Below, piece after piece: positions 62,784-64,000 of a stretch of 64,000 nucleotides of DNA. Position 1 is the stretch's first letter; each line of letters begins with the position of its first letter. The notes beneath the pieces were generated by a model. The model had not been told where the DNA came from. It ran no database searches and was given only the letters and a program-made list of their open reading frames with translations. The stretch is taken from positions 32,001-96,000 of the IMG/VR virus record IMGVR_UViG_3300045988_168162. One strand, 5' to 3'. Source of the stretch: a virus. The position numbers and the translations under genes are program-made.

Positions 62784-63788
62784 ATGAACTATGAGATGTA
62801 TGCCGCTATGCTTGGCGGGGCAGGAAGCAGCCGCCGAAGCCGCATTATTGCGAAATCTGCCCATGATACAAACCACATGGGGCCTGATTCGCCCGCCTAT
62901 AAACAGGTGGAGATCGAGGGTGTGCCGCACCACATGATGATTATTTCCAGCACGGTCACGAACCAGAAGATCATACGCACTTTACCTGGCGATGATTTTG
63001 AGATCGGCAAGATCATGCTGTGGAGTAAGAGCCATTGGTTGATCACGGAGCGTGATGCTGACGATGAAATTACGGTGCGCGGCAAGATCGAGCTGTGTAA
63101 CCGCAATATCCAATGGCAGGATGACGAGACCGGCGAGATCATTACCCGCTGGGCCGTTGTGGACAAGCCTTATTTCTCGAACCTTTCGGAAAACAAGCTG
63201 ATGACGCTTTCGAGCCGCGAATTCCAGATAAAAATACCGTATGACGAAGAATCCAGTTTACTGGACATTGGCAAACGATTGATGCTGGAAGAGATCAATG
63301 GCCAGGCCAAAACCTACCGCATTACCTGTGTGGATGGTATGACCGAGCGCTATGACCGCGACGATGAGCAGACCGGTTTTTTGGTGTTGAACCTTGAGCA
63401 GGATCAGCTTGACCCGAGCACGGATAGCAAGGCCGAGATGATTTGCGATTATAAGGAAGCGAAGAAGGTGCCGGAAGTTGGCAACGTAGCGATCAAGTAC
63501 AGCGGCGAAGCCAAAGTACGTATTTGCGGCCGTGGCAAAGTATTGACTGCTACCCGTGACGGCAAAGAATACAATGACTGCATCTGGCATATTGAGCCGG
63601 ATGATGAGCTGCTTCGTGAACAGGTGTATTTTGCGGAATCGGCAAATTGGGACCATTTTGTGGGAGGCAAGTGCCGGATTGCTGCGGCGGATAATCCAAA
63701 ATTGAACGGGCATAGTGTTACGGTTACGGTACTATCCCCGGACGAAAAGAGCCGAGACAGTGTTGTGATAAAGGTGGTGGATGCATGA
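62784..63788 (+). CDS. Hypothetical structural-module protein (334 aa)
   Basis: ORF track. Confidence 0.55.
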   Translation: MNYEMYAAMLGGAGSSRRSRIIAKSAHDTNHMGPDSPAYKQVEIEGVPHHMMIISSTVTNQKIIRTLPGDDFEIGKIMLWSKSHWLITERDADDEITVRGKIELCNRNIQWQDDETGEIITRWAVVDKPYFSNLSENKLMTLSSREFQIKIPYDEESSLLDIGKRLMLEEINGQAKTYRITCVDGMTERYDRDDEQTGFLVLNLEQDQLDPSTDSKAEMICDYKEAKKVPEVGNVAIKYSGEAKVRICGRGKVLTATRDGKEYNDCIWHIEPDDELLREQVYFAESANWDHFVGGKCRIAAADNPKLNGHSVTVTVLSPDEKSRDSVVIKVVDA

Positions 63789-64000
63789 ACCTGAGCGAAC
63801 TTGGCGCGTACAAGCACAAGGTGGCCGGGTTGTTTGCAAGTGACCCCGATATTATTGACTTGATGCTTGGCCCTGTTGATGACGATGCGGATACTGATGA
63901 AATGCTGCTGGGAGACGACAAAGACTCCTGCGGGCATATTTACGAGTTTGAGTATACGCCGGACATTAACGAAACAACAGATACTTACCTTTGTATGGAG
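63785..64000 (+). CDS. Hypothetical protein, 5' partial (runs off the window end)
   Basis: ATG 63785 overlaps the upstream TGA. The frame is open for 72 codons to base 64000. Confidence 0.55.
   Translation, partial: MNLSELGAYKHKVAGLFASDPDIIDLMLGPVDDDADTDEMLLGDDKDSCGHIYEFEYTPDINETTDTYLCME

Noticed and set aside
1-64000. Genome-wide stop-codon reassignment (TGA or TAA recoded) as the explanation for the two interrupted genes
   Set aside because: Dozens of genes terminate cleanly at TGA or TAA with ATGA/TGATG-type coupling to the next start. Terminase, portal, RT and RNAP are uninterrupted, and no tRNA with a UCA or UUA anticodon was found.

Overview
The whole window reads as densely packed phage (possibly phage-plasmid) DNA with Firmicutes-style GGAGG ribosome-binding sites. 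All calls rest on motifs, ORF packing and hand-folded RNA, because no homology search could be run.

Layout:
- 1-35.5 kb is transcribed leftward. It holds about 70 mostly small early-type genes.
- 35.7-64 kb is transcribed rightward. It holds RHH regulators, a tyrosine recombinase, a replication/transcription module, and then terminase, portal, scaffold and capsid genes.

Main features:
1. A truncated IscB with candidate omega RNA sits at the left edge, next to a tRNA cluster (Gly-UCC, Pro-UGG, an aberrant CAU tRNA). The cluster also encloses a roughly 600-nt ORF-free structured region.
2. A retron-like reverse transcriptase (24399-25589) is preceded by a 337-nt RNA closed by a long-range helix. 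It is followed first by a 20-bp-helix element and then by a second, 345-nt sister RNA.
3. A 42-nt module of these RNAs occurs three times in the window, and the differences between copies are compensatory.
4. Directly upstream of the RT lies a small Gly-terminated (Ubl-like) protein / large unknown / JAB / ThiF-E1 cassette. It resembles the uncharacterised PRTRC cassette.
5. RNA end-repair and modification genes are scattered through the window: an HD-type CCA-adding enzyme, an RlaP-like nucleotidyltransferase, an RlmN/Cfr-like radical SAM enzyme, and a Thg1-like gene broken by one in-frame TAA. A MazF-like toxin is also present.
6. There is a TnpB-only IS element with its omega RNA.
7. An 858-aa protein is a YonO/RdRP-like RNA polymerase with a DYDGD motif.
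8. There are two tandem paralog arrays and several repeat-rich non-coding regions.
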